From: Salsuginibacillus kocurii DSM 18087
GTDB taxonomy: Bacteria; Bacillota; Bacilli; Bacillales; Marinococcaceae
Direction: 5' to 3'
Length of the DNA stretch: 24,000 nt
NCBI RefSeq assembly: GCF_000377705.1
Contig: NZ_KB898629.1
Span: forward strand, 138,189-162,188
The notes below the pieces were generated by a model. The model had not been told where the DNA came from. It saw only the letters and a program-made list of their open reading frames with translations, and did not search any database. Below are positions 14,648 through 23,178 of the stretch, one piece after another (position 1 is the stretch's first letter; the number at the start of each line of letters is the position of its first letter). The translations under genes were made by a program, and so were the position numbers.

Positions 14648-16717
14648 ATGAAAAAAATAAATCGGAAACGATGGGTAAAGTTGGGGGTGATGTCTTTATC
14701 AGCAACGGTGGCGTTCGGAATCACTCAATCTCCTGCTCAAGCGGAGAATGAAACCGAGCTTACGATTATACATACAAACGATATTCATTCTTCCATTGAA
14801 GGCTTTGCGGAACTTTCTGCGTTACTTGATGAAAAACGGGCGGAGAGCGATCATGTGCTTTTCTTAGACGGGGGCGACATTTTTAGTGGTGATCCAGTTG
14901 TAGACCTTCAAGATGGAGAACCAATAATCGAGCTTTTGAATGAAGTAGGATTGGATGCGTTAGCAGTTGGCAATCATGAATTTGATTACGGTCAGGAAGC
15001 CTATGCGTCGAGCGTGGAACAGTCTGGTTTCAGCTGGCTTTCGGCAAACACTGAAGTAGTAGACGACTCTATTCCGATTGAACAACCGGATGCTTATGAG
15101 GTATTTGAACTTCCGGACCTGGACGTGGCCGTGCTAGGTTTAACCCAGGCGCCTCCAGCCACAGCTCCTGCTGGCATTGAAGGACTTGAGTTCCATGAAT
15201 ACGCGGAAACAGCTGAAGAATATGAATATTTACAAGAAGAAAACGATGTCGTGATTGGTTTAACACATATTGGACTGTATGATGATGTTCCGCTGGCTGA
15301 AGAGATTGAGTATTTTGATTTGCTTGTCGGTGGCCACAGTCACACGGTCCTTCATGAACCACAGGTAGAAAATGGAACACCGATTGTGCAGGCAGGAAGT
15401 GATTTAAACTACATTGGGGAAGTAACGCTTACCATCGATGAAGATGCAGGCGAAGTGACCAATGTAGATGGCATGCTGCACGACATGGAAGACTTGGAAG
15501 CAGCCGATGAAGATGTCCAGGAGATGATTGATACGTACCTTGAGGATGCGGAAGAGATCTTAGAAGAAGTGGTAGGCGAGACGAATACTGGACTTACTCG
15601 AGACGGGCGTTATGAGCGAGATGTCGGATTGGGCAACTTCTGGACGGATGCTATGGCAGAGGCGTTTGGTGCTGACTTAGCCGTTACCAATAATGGTGGC
15701 ATTCGAGCAAGCATTGACCCAGGAGAAATTACCGCCAATGATATTTACACGGTCGAACCTTTCGGAAATGAAATCATGGAGATTGAAATCAGTGGAGAAG
15801 TGCTGCGCGACGTGATTGAATTTTCGTACACAAGAGAAGATCGTAATCAAATTGACCTGCAAACATCAGGGCTCCATTATGAAATTTATGTTGACGATGA
15901 TGGAGAGTATGTTGACGCGGAGCTTTGGATTGATGGTGACGTAGTAGAGGACGACGAATTATATCGGGCAGCAGTGCCGGACTATATCGGCACAGGGGGA
16001 TCTGGTTATGATTTTGATGGTGAAGTCATTCAAGACGGCGCCGGCGAAATTGCTACTTCTTTGATGCTGTATGCTGAACAGCTTATGGAAGAAGAAGGAA
16101 CCATTGATTTTGAAGATGAAGGAGAAGCCCGCATTTCTATTGAACCTGCCCCAGAGGAGGAAGACGAGGACGAAGAAGAAATTCCAGTTCCTGAATTCAC
16201 GGATATTGAAGGAGACTGGGCAGAAGCAAACATTGTAACGCTTGCTGAAGCAGGACTTGTCACAGGGTATGAAAATGGTGAATTCCGCCCGGAGAACGAT
16301 ATGACACGGGCAGAATTAGTAACTCTGCTTGTGCGGGCAAGTGACCTTGAAGAAAGCGATTATGAAGCTGACTTTTCCGATGTTGAAGGTGACGAGTATT
16401 ACGCCGGCTACTTACAAGCGGCGGCAGACGCAGGGTATGTACAAGGGCATGTAGATGGTTCTTTCCGGGGAAGCGCAGAAGTGAATCGACTTGAAGCAGC
16501 TCTATTACTTGCACGCTTTGCTGGCATCGATACCGATGAGTTTGACAGTGAAGTTTCTTTTGAAGATATCAAAGACATTGCAGAAGAAGCTCAGCAAGCG
16601 ATTGAGTGGTTAGCAGCAGAAGGTTATATTCACGGCTATCCAGATGGCACTTTCCAGCCAGGCGCTAGCTTACAGCGCAACGAAATGGCAGCGATGCTCT
16701 CTGGGTGGGTAGAGTAA
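14648..16717 (+). CDS. Secreted 5'-nucleotidase/2',3'-cyclic phosphodiesterase family metallophosphoesterase with three C-terminal SLH domains
   Basis: AGGAGG precedes the ATG at 14648. The signal peptide ends AQA|ENE. Metallophosphatase motifs are HTNDIHS, LDGGDIFSG, GNHEFDYG and GGHSHT, followed by a 5'-nucleotidase C-terminal-like region. A polyacidic linker (PEEEDEDEEE) is followed by three SLH repeats: FTDIEGDWAEANI...TRAELVTLL, FSDVEGDEYYAGY...RLEAALLLARF and FEDIKDIAEEAQQAIEWL...RNEMAAMLSGW. Confidence 0.85.
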   Translation: MKKINRKRWVKLGVMSLSATVAFGITQSPAQAENETELTIIHTNDIHSSIEGFAELSALLDEKRAESDHVLFLDGGDIFSGDPVVDLQDGEPIIELLNEVGLDALAVGNHEFDYGQEAYASSVEQSGFSWLSANTEVVDDSIPIEQPDAYEVFELPDLDVAVLGLTQAPPATAPAGIEGLEFHEYAETAEEYEYLQEENDVVIGLTHIGLYDDVPLAEEIEYFDLLVGGHSHTVLHEPQVENGTPIVQAGSDLNYIGEVTLTIDEDAGEVTNVDGMLHDMEDLEAADEDVQEMIDTYLEDAEEILEEVVGETNTGLTRDGRYERDVGLGNFWTDAMAEAFGADLAVTNNGGIRASIDPGEITANDIYTVEPFGNEIMEIEISGEVLRDVIEFSYTREDRNQIDLQTSGLHYEIYVDDDGEYVDAELWIDGDVVEDDELYRAAVPDYIGTGGSGYDFDGEVIQDGAGEIATSLMLYAEQLMEEEGTIDFEDEGEARISIEPAPEEEDEDEEEIPVPEFTDIEGDWAEANIVTLAEAGLVTGYENGEFRPENDMTRAELVTLLVRASDLEESDYEADFSDVEGDEYYAGYLQAAADAGYVQGHVDGSFRGSAEVNRLEAALLLARFAGIDTDEFDSEVSFEDIKDIAEEAQQAIEWLAAEGYIHGYPDGTFQPGASLQRNEMAAMLSGWVE

Positions 16718-16729
16718 AGCGAACTAATC

Positions 16730-16766
16730 CTAAGCACACCCTATTCCGGGGTGTGCTTAGATTTTG
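16730..16766 (+). terminator. Intrinsic terminator of the nucleotidase gene
   Basis: CTAAGCACACC ctattccg GGGTGTGCTTAG followed by ATTTT. Confidence 0.7.
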
Positions 16767-16868
16767 GTGGAAACAGTAGTGTTTGTGTAAACCAGAGAAG
16801 ATATTCGATGAGGCTAGACCCTTACCTGGAGCATGGATTAAACGCGCCCGAGAGTCGAAGAGTCCTAT

Positions 16869-17384
16869 TTAATGCCGATAAATAGCATATCTTATGTAAG
16901 CACTAGTTTCGAGTAATCCTTTATACTCAAGTCCAATCTTTTCTGCAACTCGAATAGAGCCTTTATTCATTTTATTAATGTCAGCAACTATTTCTTCAAT
17001 TTCCAGGCTTTCAAAAGCATAGTGTAAGATGACTTTTGCTGCTTCTGTCGCGTAACCCTTCCCCCAATATTTTGGTTTTAACCTCCATCCAATCTCAATT
17101 TCTGGACCCACCGCATCCATTGGAATTAACAATATCCATCCTATAATTTGTTGCTGGTCGTCTTTTGATTCAATCATCCAGTACCCCATACCTGCTGGAT
17201 ACTGAGCTTCAGTTCTTTTCACAATAAATTCTCGGTGTTTTCTTTCATTACCTACAAGCGTTTTTATCTCTGGAACATATTTCACAACCTCTGCTTCACG
17301 ATCCATTTCCATACATAGTTCCACATCATCAAGAGTGCGTTCTCGTAGAATTAACCTATCTGTTTCAAAAGTCCTCAACATCAC
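16869..17384 (-). CDS. GNAT family N-acetyltransferase (RimJ/RimL-like, Acetyltransf_3 type)
   Basis: The N-terminus is typical (TDRLILRERTLDDVE). The motif A region is WGKGYATEAAKVILHYAFE. It has 171 aa. Confidence 0.8.
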   Translation of the reverse strand: MMLRTFETDRLILRERTLDDVELCMEMDREAEVVKYVPEIKTLVGNERKHREFIVKRTEAQYPAGMGYWMIESKDDQQQIIGWILLIPMDAVGPEIEIGWRLKPKYWGKGYATEAAKVILHYAFESLEIEEIVADINKMNKGSIRVAEKIGLEYKGLLETSAYIRYAIYRH

Positions 17385-17610
17385 ACAATCCCCTTTTCAG
17401 TACGGAATGAGTTGAAGGAATTTTCTCATAAATAACTTACTAGAGCCAGTGGCAACAAAATGATTGTTAAGAGCTGAAGTAGAGCTAATAGAAAAGATCT
17501 ATTTGTACCTTTTTATAACGTTTAGGAATTAATCCTTCGTTGTCTTCTTTTTGACGGCAAGGTAAAGCTATGCTACATTTTATAAAACTATGAAAATTCT
17601 TCCTATAAAA

Positions 17611-17628
17611 TGAATGAGCAATCATTCT
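17611..17628. promoter_or_regulatory. Candidate FadR(YsiA)-type operator next to a TTGACA -35 box upstream of the thiolase gene
   Basis: TGAATGAGCAATCATTCT consists of inverted 7-mers TGAATGA/TCATTCt with a 4-nt spacer. It lies 3 nt upstream of TTGACA (17632-17637). It resembles my recollection of the Bacillus fatty-acid-degradation FadR box (TGAATGA-n4-TCATTCA). Confidence 0.3.
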
Positions 17629-17727
17629 CTTTTGACAAGCCACATGAGCGGGTATGAGATATATAAGTTTATAGTAACTCACGTTAAGGAGAAAACGATT
17701 GATGGTGATTAAAAGGGGGAAGGAAAC

Positions 17728-18882
17728 ATGAGAAATGTAGTGATCGTCGAAGCATTCCGCACACCAGTAGGTCGACGGAAAGGGTTGCTTTCGAGTAAGC
17801 GGCCCGATGAAATGCTGGCCGCTACCTTGAAAGAAACAGTGGCCAAAGCGGGGATTGACCCGGCTGAAATTGATGATGTAATTGCTGGATGTGTAACACA
17901 AATCGAAGAGCAAGCACCTGATATCGCTCGAACGGCTGCCTTAATGGCCGATTTTCCAATTACGGTGCCTGGTGTAACGCTTGATCGTCAATGTGGGTCG
18001 AGTTTACAAGCCATCCATTTCGGGGCGCAAGCTATTATGAGTGGAGATATGGATACGGTGATTGCATGCGGTGTAGAAAGCATGACAAGAGTCCCAATGT
18101 TTAAAAACCTAGGAGAAGACCCTTACAGTCCTGATTTAACCCGTCGTTATGAGATGATTAACCAAGGCTTGTCTGCTGAGCGGATTGCTGAACAGAACGG
18201 CTTTTCACGCCAGGACTTAGATGCATACGCAGCAGAGAGCCATCGCCGTGCTTTACTTGCGCAAGAAGCAGGCTATTTTGATGACGAAATGTTGCCGATG
18301 GCTGTATTAAATCATGAAGGAGAACATGAAATTGTTAGTGCTGACGAAGGTCCGCGCCCAGGCTCCAATGAAGAGGTACTCGCCGGACTTCAACCGGCTT
18401 TCCGAGAAGATGGCGTCATTACCGCAGGCAATGCCTCACAGATGAGCGACGGGGCAGCAGCAGTCCTATTAATGGCTGAAGAACATGCGGAATCCCTCGG
18501 GTTAAAGCCGCTTGCCCGCCTTAAATCAAGAGTGGTGGTTGGCTCAGATCCAACGATGATGTTGACCGGGCCAGTTCCAGCTACTCGGCAAGCGTTGAAG
18601 AAGGCAGGGATGGAGTTGGAAGCTATTGATCTCGTTGAAGTCAACGAAGCATTTGCACCGGTCCCCCTCCATTGGCTCAATGAATTAAACGGAGACCGTG
18701 AAAAATTAAATAAATTAGGCGGGGCGATTGCACTCGGGCACCCACTTGGCGCAACCGGTGCTCGGATTACCACAACGCTCGTCCATGAAATGAAACGAAG
18801 CGGTGCGGAACACGGCTTGATTGCAATTTGCGAAGGGTTAGGCATGGCAAATGCGACCATTCTCGAGAATTTGCGCCGCTAA
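17728..18882 (+). CDS. Thiolase (acetyl-CoA C-acetyl/acyltransferase)
   Basis: MRNVVIVEAFRTPVGRRKG is a thiolase N-terminus. The active-site Cys context is LDRQCGSSLQA. NEAFAP, GGAIALGHPLGATGAR and the C-terminal CEGLGMANA are also present. It has 384 aa. Confidence 0.9.
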   Translation: MRNVVIVEAFRTPVGRRKGLLSSKRPDEMLAATLKETVAKAGIDPAEIDDVIAGCVTQIEEQAPDIARTAALMADFPITVPGVTLDRQCGSSLQAIHFGAQAIMSGDMDTVIACGVESMTRVPMFKNLGEDPYSPDLTRRYEMINQGLSAERIAEQNGFSRQDLDAYAAESHRRALLAQEAGYFDDEMLPMAVLNHEGEHEIVSADEGPRPGSNEEVLAGLQPAFREDGVITAGNASQMSDGAAAVLLMAEEHAESLGLKPLARLKSRVVVGSDPTMMLTGPVPATRQALKKAGMELEAIDLVEVNEAFAPVPLHWLNELNGDREKLNKLGGAIALGHPLGATGARITTTLVHEMKRSGAEHGLIAICEGLGMANATILENLRR

Positions 18883-18911
18883 GTTTAAGCGAAGATAGGA
18901 GACTGTTGGCT

Positions 18912-19028
18912 GCTTCGAGGATCCAGGTTGGCTCCTACATGACGAAGCACTAAAGGGAGGCGACGCCGCATTCAGGTTTTGTCATGCGGCACTCGCGCGG
19001 GACTGCACTCCGGTAGTGCAATCCCGCG
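18912..19028. repeat. GC-rich multi-hairpin intergenic element between convergent genes
   Basis: There are three consecutive stem-loops:
- GCTTCG...CGAAGC (18912-18948);
- GCCGCAT...ATGCGGC (18965-18990);
- CGCGGGACTGCACT ccggt AGTGCAATCCCGCG (18996-19028, 14 bp with 1 mismatch).
None is followed by a T-run. Confidence 0.45.
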
Positions 19029-19159
19029 TATCCTCTGCACAGCCGCACGTAACCTACGCGCATGCCGCTTAACATGCTAGTATCCGCGCTCTTCCTCCGC
19101 ACCTCCCCTTTTCTCTCTTTTTGCTGGTGGGCACCTTTTTCAGCCCAATTCGCTTTGTC

Positions 19160-19420
19160 CTATTTTGACTTTGAGGCGTTGCCTTCTTCTTTTTCAATCG
19201 AACGCTTGATGTTGCGCGCAAAAAGATAACACGAAAGGACCATCCCAACAAAAATCGTTGTCATTAAAGGGTCAAAGCGCAAGGGGACGGTTATGATGGC
19301 AAATATGCCTGCGAGAATACAGAAGAAAATGTCACTTTTTTTAGCGTGTTTGCGAATGTTTTGAAACAATGGTGTACACTCCTGCCTGACGTATGTTTCT
19401 TTTAGGTCCCAGTTTATCAT
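19160..19420 (-). CDS. Hypothetical small membrane protein (two TM)
   Basis: The ORF has two hydrophobic spans (IFFCILAGIFAIITV, MTTIFVGMVLSCYLF) and a charged tail. The ATG at 19420 has no RBS. An in-frame TTG at 19366 lies 9 nt after a GGAG (CAGGAG) and is the more likely start (68 aa). No family was recognised. Confidence 0.35.
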   Translation of the reverse strand: MINWDLKETYVRQECTPLFQNIRKHAKKSDIFFCILAGIFAIITVPLRFDPLMTTIFVGMVLSCYLFARNIKRSIEKEEGNASKSK

Positions 19421-19673
19421 AAGATAGACAAATGGTCTTACTAGGGTCTTTGTGGCTGTGAATTTTCTTTCAACTTGACAGAATGCAAATCTCGGCTTAG
19501 ATTTTTATCAATATCCTTTTTATGAAATTCAGAATCTTGTTTACATCATGATGGCATTTTGTGCTGCTGATTTCGGTGGAGAGTGTTCTTCCGGTTCTTT
19601 CATTGTGCCAGCGTCTATGAAGGATTTTTTTTAATGATGCAAACTATTTTTATAATAATCTGAGGTGAATATG

Positions 19674-20246
19674 ATGGCAAATTTATTGGATGATATTTTA
19701 CGTTACAATCATACATTTGTAGAAGAGAAAGGGTATGAGCCTTATGTGACTTCTAAGTTTCCTGACAAAAAAGCTGTAATTCTAACTTGCATGGATACGC
19801 GTTTAACTGAATTACTTCCGAAGGCGATTCATTTGCACAATGGTGAAATGAAAATCATTAAAAATGCTGGGGCTGTTATTACGAATCCGAGTGACAGCGT
19901 GGTGCGCAGCATTCTCGTGGCTTTGTATGAACTCACGGCTGAAGAAGTGTTTATTATCGGTCATCACGGCTGCGGCATGACAGGACTGACCGGAGATAGA
20001 ATTCTAGAAAAAGCGTATAAACGTAGTTCAGAGGCAGAAAGCATTCACGAACATTTTGAAAAAGAAAACGGTGCGGCTGAGTGGCTAACTGGTTTTGAGA
20101 GCGAAGAAGAGAACATCAAGGAAAGTGTGGACGCGTTACGTCGTCATCCACTACTCCCGGATGATACGAGAGTACACGGCTTACTGATAGACCCTGAAAC
20201 AGGCAAGCTTGACCTTGTGGTTGATGGGAATAAAGAAAAGGCGTAG
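19674..20246 (+). CDS. Beta-class carbonic anhydrase
   Basis: Zinc ligand motifs are CMDTRL and GHHGCGM. The N-terminus MANLLDDILRYNHTFVEEKGYEPYVTSKFPDKK parallels Bacillus YtiB-type beta-CAs. The RBS GAGG is at 19662-19665. The start is ATG 19671 or 19674. Confidence 0.85.
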   Translation: MANLLDDILRYNHTFVEEKGYEPYVTSKFPDKKAVILTCMDTRLTELLPKAIHLHNGEMKIIKNAGAVITNPSDSVVRSILVALYELTAEEVFIIGHHGCGMTGLTGDRILEKAYKRSSEAESIHEHFEKENGAAEWLTGFESEEENIKESVDALRRHPLLPDDTRVHGLLIDPETGKLDLVVDGNKEKA

Positions 20247-20301
20247 CTAGTAGAGAAACAGGACCTAAAGCTTGGGCACTTATCAAAGAGGGGGGCATCC
20301 A

Positions 20302-21183
20302 ATGGCCTATTTATTTGTTTACGGTACGTTGTTGAAGCATGAACGAAATGACCACTTTTTGCGTGAAGCCACGCGCCTGGTGCGCCAAGCTTCGGTCCGT
20401 GGTCAGCTTTATGATACATATCGCAACTATCCGATAGCGACACTGGAGTCCGAGAGTAGGATCTATGGTGAATTATACGATGTTCCAACTCCCCTTTGGC
20501 CGGAGTTAGATAAATTGGAAGGTTATGTAGAGGATCCTTCCAAACGCGTCTTTGACCGTTCGCAAGTGCTGGTCTCTACTGATGTCGGCACAGTGACTGC
20601 CTGGGTGTATCATACGTATGAGGCAGATTTAAATCCTAACTGGCCTGCTCTTCCTTATAACGATTGGAAGCTGCATTTGTTTCATGAGCGCAAACCAGCA
20701 TCTGTTTCTTATTTTGCTTACGGTTCCTGCATGGACCAAGAACGATTTAAAGATGCAGGGGTGGCTTCTTATTTTACTACTATTTCTTTTACCGGTACGC
20801 TCTACGGCTGCGATCTTCAGTATACGATTTACCGGCCTGACGGCGGCCGCGCGGATGTGGTGGAAACCAACAACCCAAAAGACTGGGTGGAGGGCTTGGT
20901 GTACCATTGCCCTCAAGCCGCTCTCGACTATTTATACAAACGAGAAGGTGTAGATCAAAACTGGTACCGTCCAGCGATTATTGACGTGGAAGATGAAAAA
21001 GGTCGTACTCACAGTCATGTGCTTACCTTTTTTGTCATTGATAAGGTGGAAGAAGCGGCGCCGCCCGCTCATTACTCGGAGGAGATTTTACGAGGGGCGT
21101 TGAACAACGTTTCACTTGATTATCAGACACGATTGCAGACAAAAATAGATCAATTAAATGAATCAATGAAAAAGTTGCCATAA
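20302..21183 (+). CDS. Tandem gamma-glutamylcyclotransferase-fold protein (AIG2/GGACT-like domain plus GGCT-like domain; YkqA-like)
   Basis: The N-terminal domain has LFVYGTLL...YGELYDV...LDKLEGY. The second domain starts SYFAYGSCMDQERF (YGS.M motif). AGAGGGGGG lies 6 nt before the ATG at 20302. Confidence 0.7.
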   Translation: MAYLFVYGTLLKHERNDHFLREATRLVRQASVRGQLYDTYRNYPIATLESESRIYGELYDVPTPLWPELDKLEGYVEDPSKRVFDRSQVLVSTDVGTVTAWVYHTYEADLNPNWPALPYNDWKLHLFHERKPASVSYFAYGSCMDQERFKDAGVASYFTTISFTGTLYGCDLQYTIYRPDGGRADVVETNNPKDWVEGLVYHCPQAALDYLYKREGVDQNWYRPAIIDVEDEKGRTHSHVLTFFVIDKVEEAAPPAHYSEEILRGALNNVSLDYQTRLQTKIDQLNESMKKLP

Positions 21184-21198
21184 CACGGCAACTTTTTT
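21169..21198 (+). terminator. Intrinsic terminator overlapping the stop codon of the GGCT-like gene
   Basis: AAAAAGTTGCC ataacac GGCAACTTTTTT. Confidence 0.75.
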
Positions 21199-21345
21199 AC
21201 ACCGTAAGAATGTACAAATAGTTGAAGAAACGGTATACGTGCAACGAAGGTTCAGCCTACGCCCCAGGCTTGGGTTTGCCAAGTTTTCTTTACGAACCTG
21301 CTCCCACGTTTTAAAAGGTTCTGTGACAAAGAGGAGGGAACAGAA

Positions 21346-21645
21346 GTGAAACTTCCCCGCTGCTGGAAATGTGCCCACATCTTTTCCTGGAAGCAAGCGT
21401 TTAGGCATAGAGACGGAGAAACGACATGCCCGGTCTGTGGTTCTGTTCAATATTTACAGCAAACAGCACGCTGGCGTTCTAACTTTGTGCCATTAATCGG
21501 CGTGGTACTCATCTTAGCATTAATCAATATTGAAGAAGTGAGCGGGCTCTCCTATTGGCTCGCAGTAGTGGGCACATTTGCTGTATCGTTGTTTGCTTAC
21601 CCGTTTTGCTATCGGTTTACTGAGCAAAAAGAGGATCTATTTTAG
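21346..21645 (+). CDS. CXXC...CXXC zinc-ribbon membrane protein (cxxc_20_cxxc-like)
   Basis: GAGGAGGG precedes the GTG at 21346. The N-terminus has CWKC - 18 aa - CPVC, followed by two TM helices. This small-protein type is common in bacilli. Confidence 0.6.
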   Translation: MKLPRCWKCAHIFSWKQAFRHRDGETTCPVCGSVQYLQQTARWRSNFVPLIGVVLILALINIEEVSGLSYWLAVVGTFAVSLFAYPFCYRFTEQKEDLF

Positions 21646-21708
21646 AGGAGCTCTTGTTGTTTCGTCGATGGGTTATTAGACAACAACATAAAAAGGGGAG
21701 TGGTGGGT

Positions 21709-22224
21709 ATGCATGTACGTATGGCTGGTCCGGGGGATGAGTCGGCATTAGCTGAGCTTTTAAATAAAATTGACAGCGAAAGTGAATATATGCTCTATGA
21801 GAAAGGTGAGCGAAATTTGACTGCCGCCCAAGCCGGACGGATGATTGAACATTTTTGCGAAGAAGAGAAGTTAACTATTTTTGTAGCTGAACAGGCAAAG
21901 CACTTGGTAGGCTATGGCTTGCTGCTTGGTGAAAAATTGAAGAAAAACGAACATCGCGCAGCCCTTGTCCTCGGGGTTAAACAAGCGGCTCAAGGCAAGG
22001 GGACGGGGATGGCTATTATGAAGGCTCTCGAAGACCAGGCTCTAAAAAATGGGGTGAAGCGCTTAGAATTAACGACCTTACAGAGCAACGCACCTGCCTT
22101 ACATCTTTATAAGAAATGCGGGTTCAAAGAAGAAGGTGTACGTAAGGGCTCTTTATACGCACGAGGGCATTTTGAAGATGAACTCTATCTCGGCAAATGG
22201 CTTGAAGAAGAGGTGACTCGATGA
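21709..22224 (+). CDS. GNAT family N-acetyltransferase
   Basis: The motif A region is AQGKGTGMAIMKALEDQA, with a C-terminal LHLYKKCGF. AAAGGGGAG lies 8 nt before the ATG at 21709. Confidence 0.8.
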   Translation: MHVRMAGPGDESALAELLNKIDSESEYMLYEKGERNLTAAQAGRMIEHFCEEEKLTIFVAEQAKHLVGYGLLLGEKLKKNEHRAALVLGVKQAAQGKGTGMAIMKALEDQALKNGVKRLELTTLQSNAPALHLYKKCGFKEEGVRKGSLYARGHFEDELYLGKWLEEEVTR

Positions 22225-23024
22225 AAAAAGCTGCTGTAAATTTTGGCAACGTCTCCAAAGCATATGCTAAAGGGCGCAATGATCTTCCAGCAGACGTTAT
22301 TCCACGGTTAACACACCGTGGAACCAAGTTAAGAGGCAATACAGTCGTAGACCTGGGAGCTGGAAGCGGTGTGCTGAGCCGGGAGCTTTCTAAAAGTGGG
22401 GCGCGGGTTTACGGGGTAGAACCTTCGAAAGAAATGATAGAAGAGGCTGTGAGACTAGAAGAAGAAAGAAGCGGTCCAGTGAAGTATATTCAGGAATACG
22501 CAGAGGATACGAGGCTTCCGGGAAAAATGGCAGACACGGTAACCGTCTTGCGGGCCTGGCATTGGATGAACACAACAGCTGCAAGTAAAGAAGTAAAACG
22601 GCTATTAAAGCCAGGCGGGGAGTTCCTCGTGATGGATTCAGGCTTTAGTAAAAGAAGTCCACTACTGCAGGCAACGTTTCGAATAGTTGAATCACATATG
22701 ACAAGTGGAAAAGCAGCACCGGCGGGGTCCAAAGCTTACTCCAAACAGTTTATTCATAGTTTTCCGGTGGAGTGGTTTGAAGAATGGAAGAATGCTAGCT
22801 TTGATTTGCAGGAAACGTTTAAATGGCCCTATGATGTAGCCTTTACAGCGGATACGTGGTGTGACCGAGTCGCGTCTTTATCGTGGTTGGCTGCGATGAA
22901 CGAATCACAGCGGGAGGCGGCGTTGGCAGAATTAAAACAATATATGAACGAGACGTACGCCCTTGATACAGTGCATACCATAGCGCACAATTTTTACGTA
23001 GCCAGACTGCGAGTAGATGCGTAA
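22221..23024 (+). CDS. Class I SAM-dependent methyltransferase
   Basis: Motif I is VVDLGAGSGVLSRELS, post-I is RVYGVEPS, and LKPGGEFLV is present. The ATGA overlap with the upstream GNAT stop suggests co-translation. Confidence 0.8.
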   Translation: MKKAAVNFGNVSKAYAKGRNDLPADVIPRLTHRGTKLRGNTVVDLGAGSGVLSRELSKSGARVYGVEPSKEMIEEAVRLEEERSGPVKYIQEYAEDTRLPGKMADTVTVLRAWHWMNTTAASKEVKRLLKPGGEFLVMDSGFSKRSPLLQATFRIVESHMTSGKAAPAGSKAYSKQFIHSFPVEWFEEWKNASFDLQETFKWPYDVAFTADTWCDRVASLSWLAAMNESQREAALAELKQYMNETYALDTVHTIAHNFYVARLRVDA

Positions 23025-23178
23025 AGGAAGGGACAAACAACTGGCAGATGAGCGCTACTGCTCAATTTGACTTTATGCAGTTTACCGGAGGGCTAACAGG
23101 TCTCAAGTTAAACGTGCGTATAAACCTTTGGCATGATACGATGAAAGGTAGATAACAACGCGGAAGGGAGAATGTGGT

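Noticed and set aside
17485-17913. 142-aa ORF on the minus strand overlapping the thiolase start and its promoter region
   Set aside because: It overlaps a well-supported CDS and an AT-rich intergenic region. It has an odd composition (Cys/Phe/Tyr-rich), no RBS and no recognisable motifs.
18390-18860. 156-aa ORF antisense to the thiolase gene
   Set aside because: It is fully nested antisense within a CDS that has clear thiolase motifs. Its Ala/Ser/Pro/Arg-rich translation is typical of the antisense frame of a GC-richer gene.
23046-23153. 35-aa ORF (MSATAQFDFMQFTGGLTGLKLNVRINLWHDTMKGR) in the gap upstream of mqnB
   Set aside because: The only purine-rich tract is about 15 nt upstream, too far to act as an SD. 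The ORF is very short and has no recognisable motif.
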